Assembly: GCF_014280175.1 (NCBI RefSeq)
Contig: NZ_CP047931.1
Span: 480,001-512,000 of the forward strand
Direction of reading: 5' to 3'
DNA: 32,000 bases
DNA from: Synechococcus sp. A15-28
Lineage (GTDB): Bacteria > Cyanobacteriota > Cyanobacteriia > PCC-6307 > Cyanobiaceae
In this document: one piece after another, positions 16,403 through 26,116 of the stretch
How positions within the stretch are numbered: position 1 is the first letter of the stretch
How the letters are laid out: each line of letters begins with the position of its first letter
Translations under genes and position numbers: made by a program
Notes under the pieces: generated by a model
Database searches by the model: none
Told to the model about the DNA's origin: nothing
The model's input: only the letters and a program-made list of their open reading frames with translations

Positions 16403-17706
16403 CCGCTGGAGCGAACCTGATGGCCAATGTCGCGACGGTAAGTGATCCCGTCGAATTGCACCTCCTCAAGGCCGCTGTAGGCAACGGCGAAGGCCTGATC
16501 AAAGCTGTCCCCCTGGGCGACGACTGCCAGCACGCGCCCCCCGGCGGTGATCAGCGCACCGTCGTCCCGACGTTTGGTGCCGGCGTGGAACAGCTGGCGG
16601 TTCGCTGTGTTGCTGAAGCCCAGCTGGATGGCATCGCCCTTGCGCGGAGCGTCGGGGTAGCCGGAGGCTGCCGCCACCACACAGGCGCTGCAGCGTGGAT
16701 CGATCGAAAGAGTCGGGGCCAGGTCGAGCTGTCCCAGGGCACAGGCCTGCAGCACCCGCGCCAGCTCTGGCCCCAGGAGCGGCATCAGGGTCTGACATTC
16801 CGGATCGCCGAAACGGCAGTTGAATTCGATCACCTGGGGTCCCGCGTCGGTGAGCATCAGGCCGGCGTAGATGACGCCGCGGTAGTCGATGCCACGGGCC
16901 TTCAGCGCCTGCAGCGTTGGCTCCAGCACCCGACGGCGAACCTGATCGAGACCCTCGGCATCCAGCAGGGGGGCCGGGGCATAGGCCCCCATGCCGCCGG
17001 TGTTGGGACCTTGGTCTCCCTCCAGCAATCGCTTGTGGTCTTGGGCCGGTGGCAGCAGCACCATCCGTTCGCCGTCGCAGAGGGCGAACACCGACACCTC
17101 GGGGCCCTGCAGCCGCTCCTCCAGCAGCAGATGGGAGCCGGCGCTGCCGAAGCGTCCGGCGAAGGCCTCCCGGATCGCCGCTTCCGCCTGCTCCATTGAG
17201 TCGGCAACGGTGACCCCCTTGCCCGCTGCCAGACCATCGGCCTTCACCACCAGCGGCCGGCCCACCTCCGCCAGCACATCCAGGGCGGCTGATTCGCTGG
17301 TCACGGACCAGTGGCCGGCGGTGGGCACACCAGCCTCCTGCATCAATTGCTTGGCCCAGGCTTTGCTGGCTTCCAGTTGCGCCCCCTGTGCCCCCGGGCC
17401 GAATACGGCGATCCCGGCCTGCCGCAGGTCATCGGCCACCCCGACGGCCAGAGGGGCTTCCGGACCCACCACCACCAGGTCGACAGATTGGGTCTGGCAG
17501 TGGGCGATGAGAGCGGCGCTGTCGGTCTCCGCAATGGTCAGGGCCTGCTGGTCGCTGCCGGCATTGCCCGGGGTGATCCAGACCCTTTCGATGGCGTCAT
17601 GGCGCTGCAGGGCCCAGCTCAGGGCATGTTCGCGCCCGCCAGCGCCGACAACGAGCACCCGCCGCAGCTCGGGCAGGGTGTGGGGACGGGTGGACGAGAT
17701 GGCCAT
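16399..17706 (-). CDS. purD: Phosphoribosylamine-glycine ligase
   Basis: PurD motifs VLVVGAGGREHALSWAL, the ATP-grasp core (LVVKADGLAAGKGV) and EFNCRFGDPE. The ATG at 17706 is preferred to the longer track ORF. Its stop overlaps the nblS start (ATGA at 16399..16402). Confidence 0.93.
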   Translation of the reverse strand: MAISSTRPHTLPELRRVLVVGAGGREHALSWALQRHDAIERVWITPGNAGSDQQALTIAETDSAALIAHCQTQSVDLVVVGPEAPLAVGVADDLRQAGIAVFGPGAQGAQLEASKAWAKQLMQEAGVPTAGHWSVTSESAALDVLAEVGRPLVVKADGLAAGKGVTVADSMEQAEAAIREAFAGRFGSAGSHLLLEERLQGPEVSVFALCDGERMVLLPPAQDHKRLLEGDQGPNTGGMGAYAPAPLLDAEGLDQVRRRVLEPTLQALKARGIDYRGVIYAGLMLTDAGPQVIEFNCRFGDPECQTLMPLLGPELARVLQACALGQLDLAPTLSIDPRCSACVVAAASGYPDAPRKGDAIQLGFSNTANRQLFHAGTKRRDDGALITAGGRVLAVVAQGDSFDQAFAVAYSGLEEVQFDGITYRRDIGHQVRSSG

Positions 17707-17764
17707 GGGGGCAGATCGGAGCGGAGGGGCCTCGTAGGTTCTCCGTTGTAGAACGCAGCCCGTC

Positions 17765-18643
17765 ATGGGGATCCAGCCCCTGTCCATGCTGCTGTCGCTG
17801 CTGGCGGCGGCGGCACCCCTGAGCGAGCCCCACCCGATGGCCGAGGAGCGCTTCCGGCAATGGTTGCTGGAGTCGGATCTTCAGCAGCTGGAGCTGGGCT
17901 GCGGTGAACCCTTGATCGGGGCCAGCAATGGCCGTCGTCAGCAGATCCGCGATCGCTTGCTGGTGCTGCACCCAGCCCCTCAATCGTTTGAGCTGGTGAT
18001 GGCGAATGCCAATGCTCTGCTGACTTGCGGTTCAGCGGACAGTGCCGCGCGGGTGCTCAATCGGATCAGCCCAGCGGTGGGGGAGGAGCGCCGCCGCTGG
18101 CTTCGCCTGCGCTGGCAGGCTGCGGCGGCGGGGCTGGATCACCGCGAAGCGGCCCGGGCGCTGCGGCGACTGGTGAACGGTGATCTGATCGCCCTGGCGA
18201 ACCTGGACCTGGGCGATGGTCGCCTGGGGTTGGATCAATTGGCCTCGCATGAGGCGGCCCTGGGTCGAGAGGAGGAGGCCGCTGCCCTGTTGATGCTTGC
18301 CCCCAATGCGCAGCGTCTTGCCCAGGCGGCGGAGTGGCTGGCCGTCCTGGATGCCGCGGCCGCTGATCAGCTGCTGGAGCAGGCGCTGGATCAGGCGGCG
18401 GCTGATCAGGCCTGGGGGCTGGCGGTGGAGTTGCTGGAACTGCAGCTGAAGCTTCAGCTGGCGGCGGGTGGTGACGGCGCCCGGCCTCGGCAGCGGTTGC
18501 AACGCTTGGCGGCACAGTTGGATGACCGCTACAGCCTCTGGCGGTTGGAAGGCGGCGATGACCTGGATCTGGAGCTGCGATCGCCGCGGCAGCCGGGCGG
18601 CCATGCTGCGGTAGGAGATTCCCCAGATCCACCGTCCCCATGA
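17765..18643 (+). CDS. Hypothetical Ala/Leu/Gln-rich helical-repeat protein, possibly exported
   Basis: The 292-aa ORF has an ATG start and the hydrophobic N-terminus [19 protein letters not shown]. Its stop overlaps the purC ATG (ATGA at 18640..18643), which argues for real translation. I recognise no family. Confidence 0.6.
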   Translation: MGIQPLSMLLSLLAAAAPLSEPHPMAEERFRQWLLESDLQQLELGCGEPLIGASNGRRQQIRDRLLVLHPAPQSFELVMANANALLTCGSADSAARVLNRISPAVGEERRRWLRLRWQAAAAGLDHREAARALRRLVNGDLIALANLDLGDGRLGLDQLASHEAALGREEEAAALLMLAPNAQRLAQAAEWLAVLDAAAADQLLEQALDQAAADQAWGLAVELLELQLKLQLAAGGDGARPRQRLQRLAAQLDDRYSLWRLEGGDDLDLELRSPRQPGGHAAVGDSPDPPSP

Positions 18644-19392
18644 GTCCCGACCACGGCGAGCTGCTGTACGAAGGCAAGGCGAAGCGCATCTATGCCACCG
18701 ACTACCAGGAGCGGGTGTTGGTGGAATACAAGAACGATGCGACGGCGTTCAATGCCCAGAAGAAGGCGCAGCTGGAGGACAAGGGGAGGCTGAACTGCCA
18801 GATCTCAGCCCGGTTGTTTGAGTTGCTAGAGGCGCAGGGGATTCCCAGCCATTACCTGGGATTGGCGGGAGACGCCTGGATGCTGGTGCAGCGGGTGGAG
18901 GTGATTCCGCTAGAGGTGGTGTTGCGCAACATCGCCACCGGATCCTTGTGCCGTCAGACGCCGATCGCGGAGGGCACCCGCATCGATCCAGCGTTGCTTG
19001 ACCTCTATTACAAAGATGATGATCTGGGGGATCCGCTGTTGACGGACGCTCGGGTGCGGTTGATGGGGCTGGTGGATGACGCCCGTCTGTCAGCGATTGA
19101 ACAACTGGCGCGGCGGATCAATGGGGTGCTGCAGCCGTTTTTCAACGATCTGGAGCTGCAGTTGGTGGATTTCAAGCTTGAACTTGGCCTCAACAGGGCG
19201 GGTGAATTGCTGCTGGCCGATGAGATCAGCCCAGACACCTGCCGCTTCTGGGACCAGCGCAGCCGCGATGCCAACGATCGGATCCTGGATAAGGACCGCT
19301 TCCGAAAGGATCTCGGTGGCGTGATGGAGGCCTACGGGGAGGTCCTTAAACGGGTCCACACTGCCTGCCCCAACCCCCGCAACTGCCTGTAA
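18640..19392 (+). CDS. purC: Phosphoribosylaminoimidazole-succinocarboxamide (SAICAR) synthase
   Basis: [11 protein letters not shown]..., the [10 protein letters not shown] segment and the [14 protein letters not shown] motif are typical of PurC. The product is 250 aa. Confidence 0.95.
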   Translation: MSPDHGELLYEGKAKRIYATDYQERVLVEYKNDATAFNAQKKAQLEDKGRLNCQISARLFELLEAQGIPSHYLGLAGDAWMLVQRVEVIPLEVVLRNIATGSLCRQTPIAEGTRIDPALLDLYYKDDDLGDPLLTDARVRLMGLVDDARLSAIEQLARRINGVLQPFFNDLELQLVDFKLELGLNRAGELLLADEISPDTCRFWDQRSRDANDRILDKDRFRKDLGGVMEAYGEVLKRVHTACPNPRNCL

Positions 19393-19408
19393 GGTCAGCG
19401 GACCTTTT
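19391..19408 (+). terminator. Weak hairpin plus short T-run after purC; possible attenuator or terminator
   Basis: aaggtc-agcg-gacctt followed by ttgt. The 6-bp stem overlaps the purC TAA. It is weak by the usual intrinsic-terminator standards. Confidence 0.25.
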
Positions 19409-19434
19409 GTGGCTTCGGCCCTGATCGCGCCTCG

Positions 19435-21594
19435 ATGACCCGACGCAGGACTCGCCGTTCACCGGTTGCCGTAGGTCAGGGTCTCCTGGGTCTTGCACTG
19501 GGCTTGCCGCTGACTGCAGCACCTCTGCTGGCCCAGGAGGTCGACGTCAACACCGATCCGGTGAATGTCCTTGAGGTTGCGGCACCGCGGGTGCTGATCT
19601 CTGAGGTGATCATCGAGGGCATCTCAGGTCATCCGGAGGAAGAACGGCTGCAGGTGGCGGCCTACGGAGCGATGCAGGTGCGGCCCGGCAGCCGCGTCAC
19701 CCGCGAGGAGCTTCAGCGGGACCTCAACGCGATCCAGGCCACCGGTTGGTTCTCCGACGTGCGGATCAACCCGGTCAACGGCCCGCTCGGGGTGCAGGTG
19801 GTGGTGCAGGTGGAGCCGTTCCCCACCCTCTCGAGCGTTGAGCTGGACCCGGTTTCAGAGGAACTGCCTGAGGACGTTCTTGAAGAGATCTTCAGCCCCG
19901 ATTACGGCCGCACGCTGAACCTCAACGATCTGCAGACGCGGATGAAGGAGCTGCAGGGCTGGTACGCCGAGCAGGGCTACTCCCTGGCCCGCATCTCTGG
20001 ACCGGAGCGGGTCAGCCCGGAGGGTGTGGTGACCTTGAAGCTCATCCAGGGACGCGTGGCCGATGTGGAGGTGCAGTTCCTCAACAAGGAGGGCGATGCC
20101 ACCGATGAGAACGGTGATCCCATCGGCGGCAAGACCAAGGAGTGGGTGATCACCCGCGAAATTTCCGTCCAGCCGGGAGACACGTTCAACCGCAACAGGC
20201 TGGAGAAGGACATCAAGCGTCTGTACGGCACCCAGTTGTTCAGCGATGTGAAGGTCACCCTGAAGCCGGTGCCGGAGGAGCCCGGCGATGTGGTGATCGT
20301 GCTGGGGATCGTGGAGCAATCCACCGGCCAGCTGTCCGGCGGCCTTGGGTACAGCCAGAGCCAGGGTGTGTTCGGCCAGGTGCAGCTGCAGGACAGCAAC
20401 TTCTTCGGTCGCGCCTGGAATGTTGGCCTCAACGTGACCTACGGCCAGTACGGCGGCCTGACCAACCTGAACTTCACCGACCCCTGGATCAAGGGCGACC
20501 GCCATCGCACCTCCTTCCGCGGCTCCCTGTTCCTCAGCCAACAGGTGCCGCAGGTCTTCCAGAGCGAAGACAGCGGCAACATCCGCACCATTGACGGCTA
20601 CGAGGACAACGGCAACAAGTACGCCTACGACGTCGGTCGCAAATACCAGTTCTCCGACAACCAGAAAGTTCCCGGTTTGGTCAACAGGGCCGAGAAGGAG
20701 TACCCCAACCGCAGTTGGTTTGATTACGAAGGCGATTCCTTCGCTCTGCGCAAGACCGGCGGCAGCATCGCCTTCACCCGTCCCCTGAATGGCGGCGATC
20801 CGTTCAAAGACACCCCCTGGCGGGTGTTGGCGGGCCTGTCATTGAGCGAAGTCAGGCCCATCAACTTCGCGGCAGACAGCCGCGTGTATGGCGTGTCCAC
20901 CCGCAACTTCAATGACGGCAGGGTCAAGAACAAGGACATCATCTGCGTGTCGTACAACTGCGCTGACAGCAACCTGCTGACAGGAGTGCGTTTCGCGACG
21001 ACTTACAACAACTTCAACAATCCCCGCAATCCCACCAGCGGCAATTTCTTCACCGCCAGCACCGAGCAGTTCATCGGTGTGAACGAAGATTCCCCCACGT
21101 TCAACCGCCTGCGTGGCAGTTACACCCAGTTCTTCCCGGTGAAGTGGCTGAAATTGCACAAGAAGTGCCGTCCCAAACCCGGTGAGGTGGCGGATTGTCC
21201 GCAGGCCATCGGTTTCCAGGTGAAGGCCGGCACGATCATCGGTGATCTGCCACCGTATGAAGCCTTCTGCATGGGCGGCTCCAACTCGATCCGCGGTTGG
21301 TACGACTGTGACCTGGCCGTGGCCCGCAGCTTTGGTGAGGTCACCCTCGAGTACCGCTTCCCGATCATCAGCGTCTTCTCCGGAGAGCTGTTCGTTGATG
21401 CCGGCACCGATTTCAATACCCAGAAGAATGTGCCGGGTAAGCCGGGTCTGCTGCTGAACAAGGACGGTTCCGGTGTTTCGGTGGGTACCGGCGTGATCGT
21501 CGGCACCCCAGTGGGTCCTCTGCGCCTTGAGGTGGCCAGCAAGGACTTCACCGAGGACTGGCGCTTCAACCTGGGAGTGGGCTGGAAGTTCTAG
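19435..21594 (+). CDS. bamA: Outer-membrane protein assembly factor, Omp85/BamA family (cyanobacterial Toc75-like)
   Basis: The 719-aa ORF has a signal peptide (…LTAAPLLAQE), POTRA-like repeats, and a C-terminal beta-barrel ending in an aromatic residue (…RFNLGVGWKF). It sits upstream of lpxC-fabZ-lpxA-lpxB. Confidence 0.9.
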   Translation: MTRRRTRRSPVAVGQGLLGLALGLPLTAAPLLAQEVDVNTDPVNVLEVAAPRVLISEVIIEGISGHPEEERLQVAAYGAMQVRPGSRVTREELQRDLNAIQATGWFSDVRINPVNGPLGVQVVVQVEPFPTLSSVELDPVSEELPEDVLEEIFSPDYGRTLNLNDLQTRMKELQGWYAEQGYSLARISGPERVSPEGVVTLKLIQGRVADVEVQFLNKEGDATDENGDPIGGKTKEWVITREISVQPGDTFNRNRLEKDIKRLYGTQLFSDVKVTLKPVPEEPGDVVIVLGIVEQSTGQLSGGLGYSQSQGVFGQVQLQDSNFFGRAWNVGLNVTYGQYGGLTNLNFTDPWIKGDRHRTSFRGSLFLSQQVPQVFQSEDSGNIRTIDGYEDNGNKYAYDVGRKYQFSDNQKVPGLVNRAEKEYPNRSWFDYEGDSFALRKTGGSIAFTRPLNGGDPFKDTPWRVLAGLSLSEVRPINFAADSRVYGVSTRNFNDGRVKNKDIICVSYNCADSNLLTGVRFATTYNNFNNPRNPTSGNFFTASTEQFIGVNEDSPTFNRLRGSYTQFFPVKWLKLHKKCRPKPGEVADCPQAIGFQVKAGTIIGDLPPYEAFCMGGSNSIRGWYDCDLAVARSFGEVTLEYRFPIISVFSGELFVDAGTDFNTQKNVPGKPGLLLNKDGSGVSVGTGVIVGTPVGPLRLEVASKDFTEDWRFNLGVGWKF

Positions 21595-22421
21595 TGACCC
21601 CTTGGCCGCAGGACTATTCAGGCGCCTGGACCCTTGCTGCCGAGGTGGAGCGGCAGGGGATCGGTCTGCACAGCGGTGTTGTTTCGACCGTTCGCCTCTG
21701 CCCCTGTGAGCAGCCCGGGTTTTATCTGCGCTTTGAGGGGGCTGCCGAAACGGTTCGTCTCAGCCCTGATCAGGTGCAGGACAGTCAGCTCTGCACAACG
21801 CTGGACCTTGGAACGCGTCGGGTGGCCACCGTGGAGCACCTGCTGGCGGCCCTGGCCGGCTGTGGTCTCTCCCATGCCGAGATCGTTGTGCAGGGCGGCG
21901 AAATTCCCCTGCTGGATGGTTCCGCCCTCGGCTGGGTGGAGGCGATTGCGGAGGCCGGCCTGCAGCCCGCCGCCAGCGAACGGCCGCCGGCTCCACGGCT
22001 GGAGCAGCCCCTGGTGCGGCACCGCGGCAGCAGTGTGATCACCGCCACACCGGCCGACCGCTTCAGTCTGGTGGGCATCATCGCCTTCCCCCAGGCCGCG
22101 ATCGGTCGTCAGCAGCTGGCCCTGGAGCTGACGCCGGAACGTTTCGTTGAGGAGATCGCACCAGCTCGCACCTTCGGATTCCGTGAGCAGGTGGAGCAGC
22201 TGCGGGCGGCTGGTCTGATCCAGGGCGGTGCCCTGGACAATGCCCTCGTCTGCGACGGTGATCAATGGCTGAACCCGCCGCTGCGCTTTGCTGACGAACC
22301 GGTGCGCCATAAGCTGCTGGACCTCATCGGTGATCTGGCGCTTGTGGGCTTTCCCCAGGCCCAGGTCCTCGTGTACCGGGGCTCCCACGGGCTCCACACC
22401 GATCTCGCCGCTGCCCTGTGA
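21594..22421 (+). CDS. lpxC: UDP-3-O-acyl-N-acetylglucosamine deacetylase
   Basis: LpxC motifs [16 protein letters not shown] and the C-terminal [12 protein letters not shown]...GSHGLH. The GTG start overlaps the bamA stop (TAGTG). Confidence 0.92.
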   Translation: MTPWPQDYSGAWTLAAEVERQGIGLHSGVVSTVRLCPCEQPGFYLRFEGAAETVRLSPDQVQDSQLCTTLDLGTRRVATVEHLLAALAGCGLSHAEIVVQGGEIPLLDGSALGWVEAIAEAGLQPAASERPPAPRLEQPLVRHRGSSVITATPADRFSLVGIIAFPQAAIGRQQLALELTPERFVEEIAPARTFGFREQVEQLRAAGLIQGGALDNALVCDGDQWLNPPLRFADEPVRHKLLDLIGDLALVGFPQAQVLVYRGSHGLHTDLAAAL

Positions 22422-22888
22422 CTGACTCCCCCGCCGCGGCTGCTGCTCAGCCCTCTGTGGTGCTGACCAGCGAACAGATCGCCGGATTGCTTCCACACCG
22501 CTATCCGTTTGCACTGGTGGACCGGGTGATCGCCCATGAGCCCGGGGTGTCGGCGACCGGAATCAAGAACGTGACGGTGAATGAGCCGCAGTTTCAGGGG
22601 CACTTCCCCGGGCGCCCGTTGATGCCTGGCGTTCTGATTGTTGAGGCGATGGCCCAGGTGGGCGGGCTGATCGTGACCCAGATGCCGGATCTGCCGAAGG
22701 GTCTGTTCGTGTTTGCCGGGATCGACGGGGTACGCTTCCGCCGCCCCGTAGTTCCCGGAGATCAGCTGGTGATCCACTGCGAACTGCTCAGCCTCAAGCG
22801 CAAACGCTTCGGCAAGGTCAAAGCGGAAGCCACCGTGGAGGGTGAGCTGGTGTGTTCCGGTGAGCTGATGTTCTCCCTGGTGGACTGA
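22418..22888 (+). CDS. fabZ: 3-hydroxyacyl-ACP dehydratase
   Basis: [14 protein letters not shown]...[29 protein letters not shown] is the canonical FabZ core. The GTG start overlaps the lpxC stop (GTGA). Confidence 0.95.
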   Translation: MTDSPAAAAAQPSVVLTSEQIAGLLPHRYPFALVDRVIAHEPGVSATGIKNVTVNEPQFQGHFPGRPLMPGVLIVEAMAQVGGLIVTQMPDLPKGLFVFAGIDGVRFRRPVVPGDQLVIHCELLSLKRKRFGKVKAEATVEGELVCSGELMFSLVD

Positions 22889-22893
22889 GAGCG

Positions 22894-23721
22894 ATGACGG
22901 TGGAGCAGGCGCCCGTTCAGATCCATCCCCAGGCGGTGGTGGACCCCAAGGCCGAGCTGGCGGCTGGGGTGGTGATCGGCCCAGGCGCTGTGGTGGGTCC
23001 TGACGTGGTGATCGGCGAGAACAGCTGGATCGGTCCCCATGCGGTGCTGGAGGGTCGACTGACCCTGGGCCGCGATAACAAGGTGTTCGCAGGAGCCTGC
23101 CTGGGCCAGGAACCGCAGGACCTCAAGTACTGCGGAGCGCCGACGGAGGTGGTGATCGGCGACGGCAACACCCTGCGGGAGTGCGTGACGATCAACCGCG
23201 CCACCGACGAAGGGGAGGTGACCCGGATCGGCAACGGCAATCTGCTGATGGCCTACTGCCATCTCGGCCATAACTGCGAGCTGGGGAACGGAATCGTGAT
23301 GTCCAATGCCATCCAGGTGGCCGGGCACGTGATCATCGAGGACCGGGCGGTGATCGGCGGCTGCCTCGGGATCCATCAGTTCGTCCACGTCGGCGGGATG
23401 GCCATGGTGGGGGGCATGACCCGCGTCGACCGTGATGTGCCCCCCTACTGCCTGGTGGAGGGCCACCCGGGGCGGGTGCGCGGGCTCAACCGGGTGGGCC
23501 TGCGGCGCAGTGGTCTGGCTCGTCAGCATGACGGGCGTGAGTTCAAACAGCTCCAGGAGATCTGGACGCTGCTTTACCGCTCCGATCTGGTGATCGCTGA
23601 GGGGCTGAAGCAGGCCCAGCAGCAGGAGCTGCTGCCGGCGGCAGCCCATCTCTGCAGCTTCATGGCGGAGTCGATTGCAGATGGGCGCCGTGGCCCGATG
23701 CCGGCGTTGAGCAGTCGCTGA
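22894..23721 (+). CDS. lpxA: Acyl-ACP--UDP-N-acetylglucosamine O-acyltransferase
   Basis: Hexapeptide-repeat left-handed beta-helix ([45 protein letters not shown]...) plus the LpxA C-terminal helical domain. The product is 275 aa. Confidence 0.95.
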   Translation: MTVEQAPVQIHPQAVVDPKAELAAGVVIGPGAVVGPDVVIGENSWIGPHAVLEGRLTLGRDNKVFAGACLGQEPQDLKYCGAPTEVVIGDGNTLRECVTINRATDEGEVTRIGNGNLLMAYCHLGHNCELGNGIVMSNAIQVAGHVIIEDRAVIGGCLGIHQFVHVGGMAMVGGMTRVDRDVPPYCLVEGHPGRVRGLNRVGLRRSGLARQHDGREFKQLQEIWTLLYRSDLVIAEGLKQAQQQELLPAAAHLCSFMAESIADGRRGPMPALSSR

Positions 23722-24902
23722 TGGTGCGGCTGCTGATCAGCACCGGTGAGGTGTCCGGTGATCTGCAGGGCAGCCTGTTGATACGAGCCCTGCGGGCAGA
23801 GGCCGAACGCCGCCAGCTGCCGTTGGAGCTGCTGGCCCTGGGGGGCACGCGGATGGAGGCTGCCGGGGCGGAATTGCTGGCGGATACGGCGCCGATGGGG
23901 GCCATCGGCCTGTGGGAGGCCGTGCCGCTGATCCTTCCGACCCTGCGACTGCAGGCCCAGGTGGACCGGTCGCTGGAGCAGCGGCCGCTGGATGGGGCGG
24001 TGTTGATCGACTACGTCGGCGCCAATGTGCGGCTGGGGGGCAAGCTGCGCCGCAAGCACCCGTCCCTGCCGATCACGTACTACATCGCCCCCCAGGAGTG
24101 GGCCTGGCGATTCGGTGATGGCAGCACCACCCGGCTGCTGGATTTCACCGACCGCATCCTGGCCATCTTCCCAGCGGAGGCGGAGTTCTATGGCCAACGC
24201 GGGGCCAATGTCACCTGGGTAGGCCACCCTCTACTGGATAGCTTCCAGGAGCTCCCTGGCCGCAAGGAATCCCGCCAGCAGCTGGGGTTGAACCCCGAAG
24301 CTCCGGTGCTGCTGCTGCTGCCGGCCTCCCGCCCCCAGGAGCTGAAGTACCTGATGCCCCCCCTGGCGGCTGCCGCGGCGATGCTGCAACGCCGCCGACC
24401 TGGACTGCAGGTGCTGGTGCCGGCTGGTCTGGAGCGGTTTGAGCAGCCCCTGGGCGAAGCCCTGGCGGCAGCGGGTGTGGCAAACGCGCGGGTGATCCCT
24501 GCAGCGCAGGCGGATGGCCTGAAGAAATCCCTCTGTGCGGCGGCGGATCTGGCCCTGGGCAAGTCGGGCACGGTGAATCTGGAGTTGGCCCTGCAGGGGG
24601 TTCCCCAGGTGGTGGGCTATCGCGTCAGTGGCCTGACGGCGTTCGTGGCCAGGCACATCTTGCGGTTCCAGGTGGATCACATCTCGCCGGTGAACCTGCT
24701 GCTGAAGCAGCGCCTGGTGCCGGAGCTGCTGCAGGACGAGCTCACCGCCGAGTCGTTGGTGGAGCAGGCTTTGCCGCTGCTACAGCCCGGGCCGGAACGG
24801 CAGCGGATGCTGGATGGCTACGGTCAACTCCGATTAACGCTGGGGGAGCCGGGTGTGACGCAGCGGGCAGCCAAGGCCATTCTCGATCAGGTGCAGCGAT
24901 GA
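23721..24902 (+). CDS. lpxB: Lipid-A-disaccharide synthase
   Basis: The N-terminus [20 protein letters not shown] and the [17 protein letters not shown] motif are typical of LpxB. Its ATG shares one base with the lpxA stop (TGATG). Confidence 0.92.
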   Translation: MVRLLISTGEVSGDLQGSLLIRALRAEAERRQLPLELLALGGTRMEAAGAELLADTAPMGAIGLWEAVPLILPTLRLQAQVDRSLEQRPLDGAVLIDYVGANVRLGGKLRRKHPSLPITYYIAPQEWAWRFGDGSTTRLLDFTDRILAIFPAEAEFYGQRGANVTWVGHPLLDSFQELPGRKESRQQLGLNPEAPVLLLLPASRPQELKYLMPPLAAAAAMLQRRRPGLQVLVPAGLERFEQPLGEALAAAGVANARVIPAAQADGLKKSLCAAADLALGKSGTVNLELALQGVPQVVGYRVSGLTAFVARHILRFQVDHISPVNLLLKQRLVPELLQDELTAESLVEQALPLLQPGPERQRMLDGYGQLRLTLGEPGVTQRAAKAILDQVQR

Positions 24903-25540
24903 GACGGCTACTGCTGGCTGTGCTGATCGGGTTGCTGGCGCTCCCCTCCGCCGTGATGGCCGACACGGAGACCGCCGTCTTCGCCGGAGGTTGCTTCTGG
25001 TGTCTGGAGCACGATCTGGAGGATCTTCCCGGTGTGCTGGAGGCCACCAGCGGCTACAGCGGCGGCCATGTGGACAACCCCACCTACCGCCAGGTGAGCG
25101 GCGAAACCACGGGTCATCAGGAGGTGGTGGAGGTGCGGTTTGACCCGGACCAGATCAGTTACGGCACGCTGCTGCGCAGTTACTGGCGCAATGTGGACCC
25201 TTTGGATGGGGGCGGCCAGTTCTGCGACCGTGGGGACTCCTACCGGCCCGTGATCTTCACAGCGGATGCAGCTCAGGCCCGTGAAGCTGAAGCGAGTGCC
25301 CAGGCTGCTGCCGTGGAGCTGGGACAACCCCGCTCGGCGCTGAAGGTGGAGCTGCGGGATGCCGCGCGCTTCTGGCGAGCCGAGGATTATCACCAGAATT
25401 ACGCCGAGCTGAACGAGCTCAAGTACAACTTCTACCGCTTCAGTTGTGGCCGGGACCGGCGTCTGGATCAGGTCTGGGGCGACAACGCCCGAGGCGATGC
25501 GGCCTGGTCGAAGCCGGCCGAACCCGGTCGAAACCCTTAA
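24899..25540 (+). CDS. msrA: Peptide-methionine (S)-S-oxide reductase MsrA, with an apparent N-terminal signal peptide
   Basis: Catalytic [10 protein letters not shown] plus [15 protein letters not shown] and [12 protein letters not shown]. The first 20 codons ([21 protein letters not shown]) look like a Sec signal. The ATG overlaps the lpxB stop (ATGA). An alternative internal ATG at 24956 would give a cytoplasmic form. Confidence 0.92.
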   Translation: MRRLLLAVLIGLLALPSAVMADTETAVFAGGCFWCLEHDLEDLPGVLEATSGYSGGHVDNPTYRQVSGETTGHQEVVEVRFDPDQISYGTLLRSYWRNVDPLDGGGQFCDRGDSYRPVIFTADAAQAREAEASAQAAAVELGQPRSALKVELRDAARFWRAEDYHQNYAELNELKYNFYRFSCGRDRRLDQVWGDNARGDAAWSKPAEPGRNP

Positions 25541-25681
25541 GAAATAAATAATCAACCTATGGAAAAGATTAAGCGAATGAGTTGTCTTGACTCAGTCAGT
25601 TCTCAGTGAACAGACGGGTTCCCGCCAATCGACCACCATTGAGGCAATGCTTACGATCACGTTCGTGCTGGGAGGAGATGT

Positions 25682-25873
25682 ATGTATTTGCTGACCATTA
25701 AGGATGGTCTGGGAACGCGTCATATCGGCCCGTATCCATCTCCGAAACATGCTTCGGATGACCTTGATCGCGTGCTGGAGTCCTGCTCCGATCGGGCCCG
25801 CTGGCAGATTCACGCTCTGGAAACGCCAGAGCGCCACGGTTCCACCCGCTTCCACGCCGTCGCAGCGTCCTGA
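25682..25873 (+). CDS. Hypothetical small protein (63 aa)
   Basis: The ATG is preceded by GGAGGAG 4-10 nt upstream, one of the best Shine-Dalgarno matches in the window. The ORF follows an AT-rich spacer and its G/C content looks lower than that of its neighbours. I recognise no family. Confidence 0.5.
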   Translation: MYLLTIKDGLGTRHIGPYPSPKHASDDLDRVLESCSDRARWQIHALETPERHGSTRFHAVAAS

Positions 25874-26116
25874 TCAGCAGCGGGGTCCGCGACCGGGAAA
25901 CCCTCTGGTCAGGCCGCTGTCGATCATCAAACCAATTCCGGCATTGATGCAGATCAGGCTGAGGGTGCCGGTCCAGAACCACTCGCCGGCCTGGCCGCCC
26001 ATCAGCTGAACCACCCGGCGGCTCACCGCCTCGCCGAACAGGCAAAGGCCCACCGGCAGCAGCAAAACCCCGGCCTGGGCCTTCAGGTACCAGCGCCAGG
26101 GTGAAGTGGGTTTCAT
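25874..26116 (-). CDS. Hypothetical small membrane protein (80 aa, two predicted TM helices)
   Basis: The ATG at 26116 overlaps the pepA stop (ATGA at 26113..26116). Third positions are G/C-rich, and there are two hydrophobic stretches (AGVLLLPVGLCLFGEAV and WFWTGTLSLICINAGIGLMI). Confidence 0.6.
   Translation of the reverse strand: MKPTSPWRWYLKAQAGVLLLPVGLCLFGEAVSRRVVQLMGGQAGEWFWTGTLSLICINAGIGLMIDSGLTRGFPGRGPRC

Noticed and set aside
15050-16420. A 456-aa plus-strand ORF.
   Set aside because: It is antisense to the histidine kinase gene, whose H, N and G boxes are clear. The composition is typical of a shadow ORF.
17949-17956. HIP1 palindromes (GCGATCGC), also at 18577..18584 and 29760..29767, as a possible repeat system.
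   Set aside because: I noticed only three copies in 32 kb. That is not clearly above what the base composition could give, and all three lie inside coding regions. There is no sign of the HIP1 over-representation seen in some freshwater cyanobacteria.
25545-25580. Fur-box-like (aaataaataatcaac) and Pho-box-like (cttaagaa) matches in the AT-rich spacer after msrA.
   Set aside because: These are only partial matches to the consensus sequences, in a stretch where AT-rich words are expected by composition. There is no repeat architecture: neither three 8-bp Pho repeats nor a 19-bp Fur palindrome.
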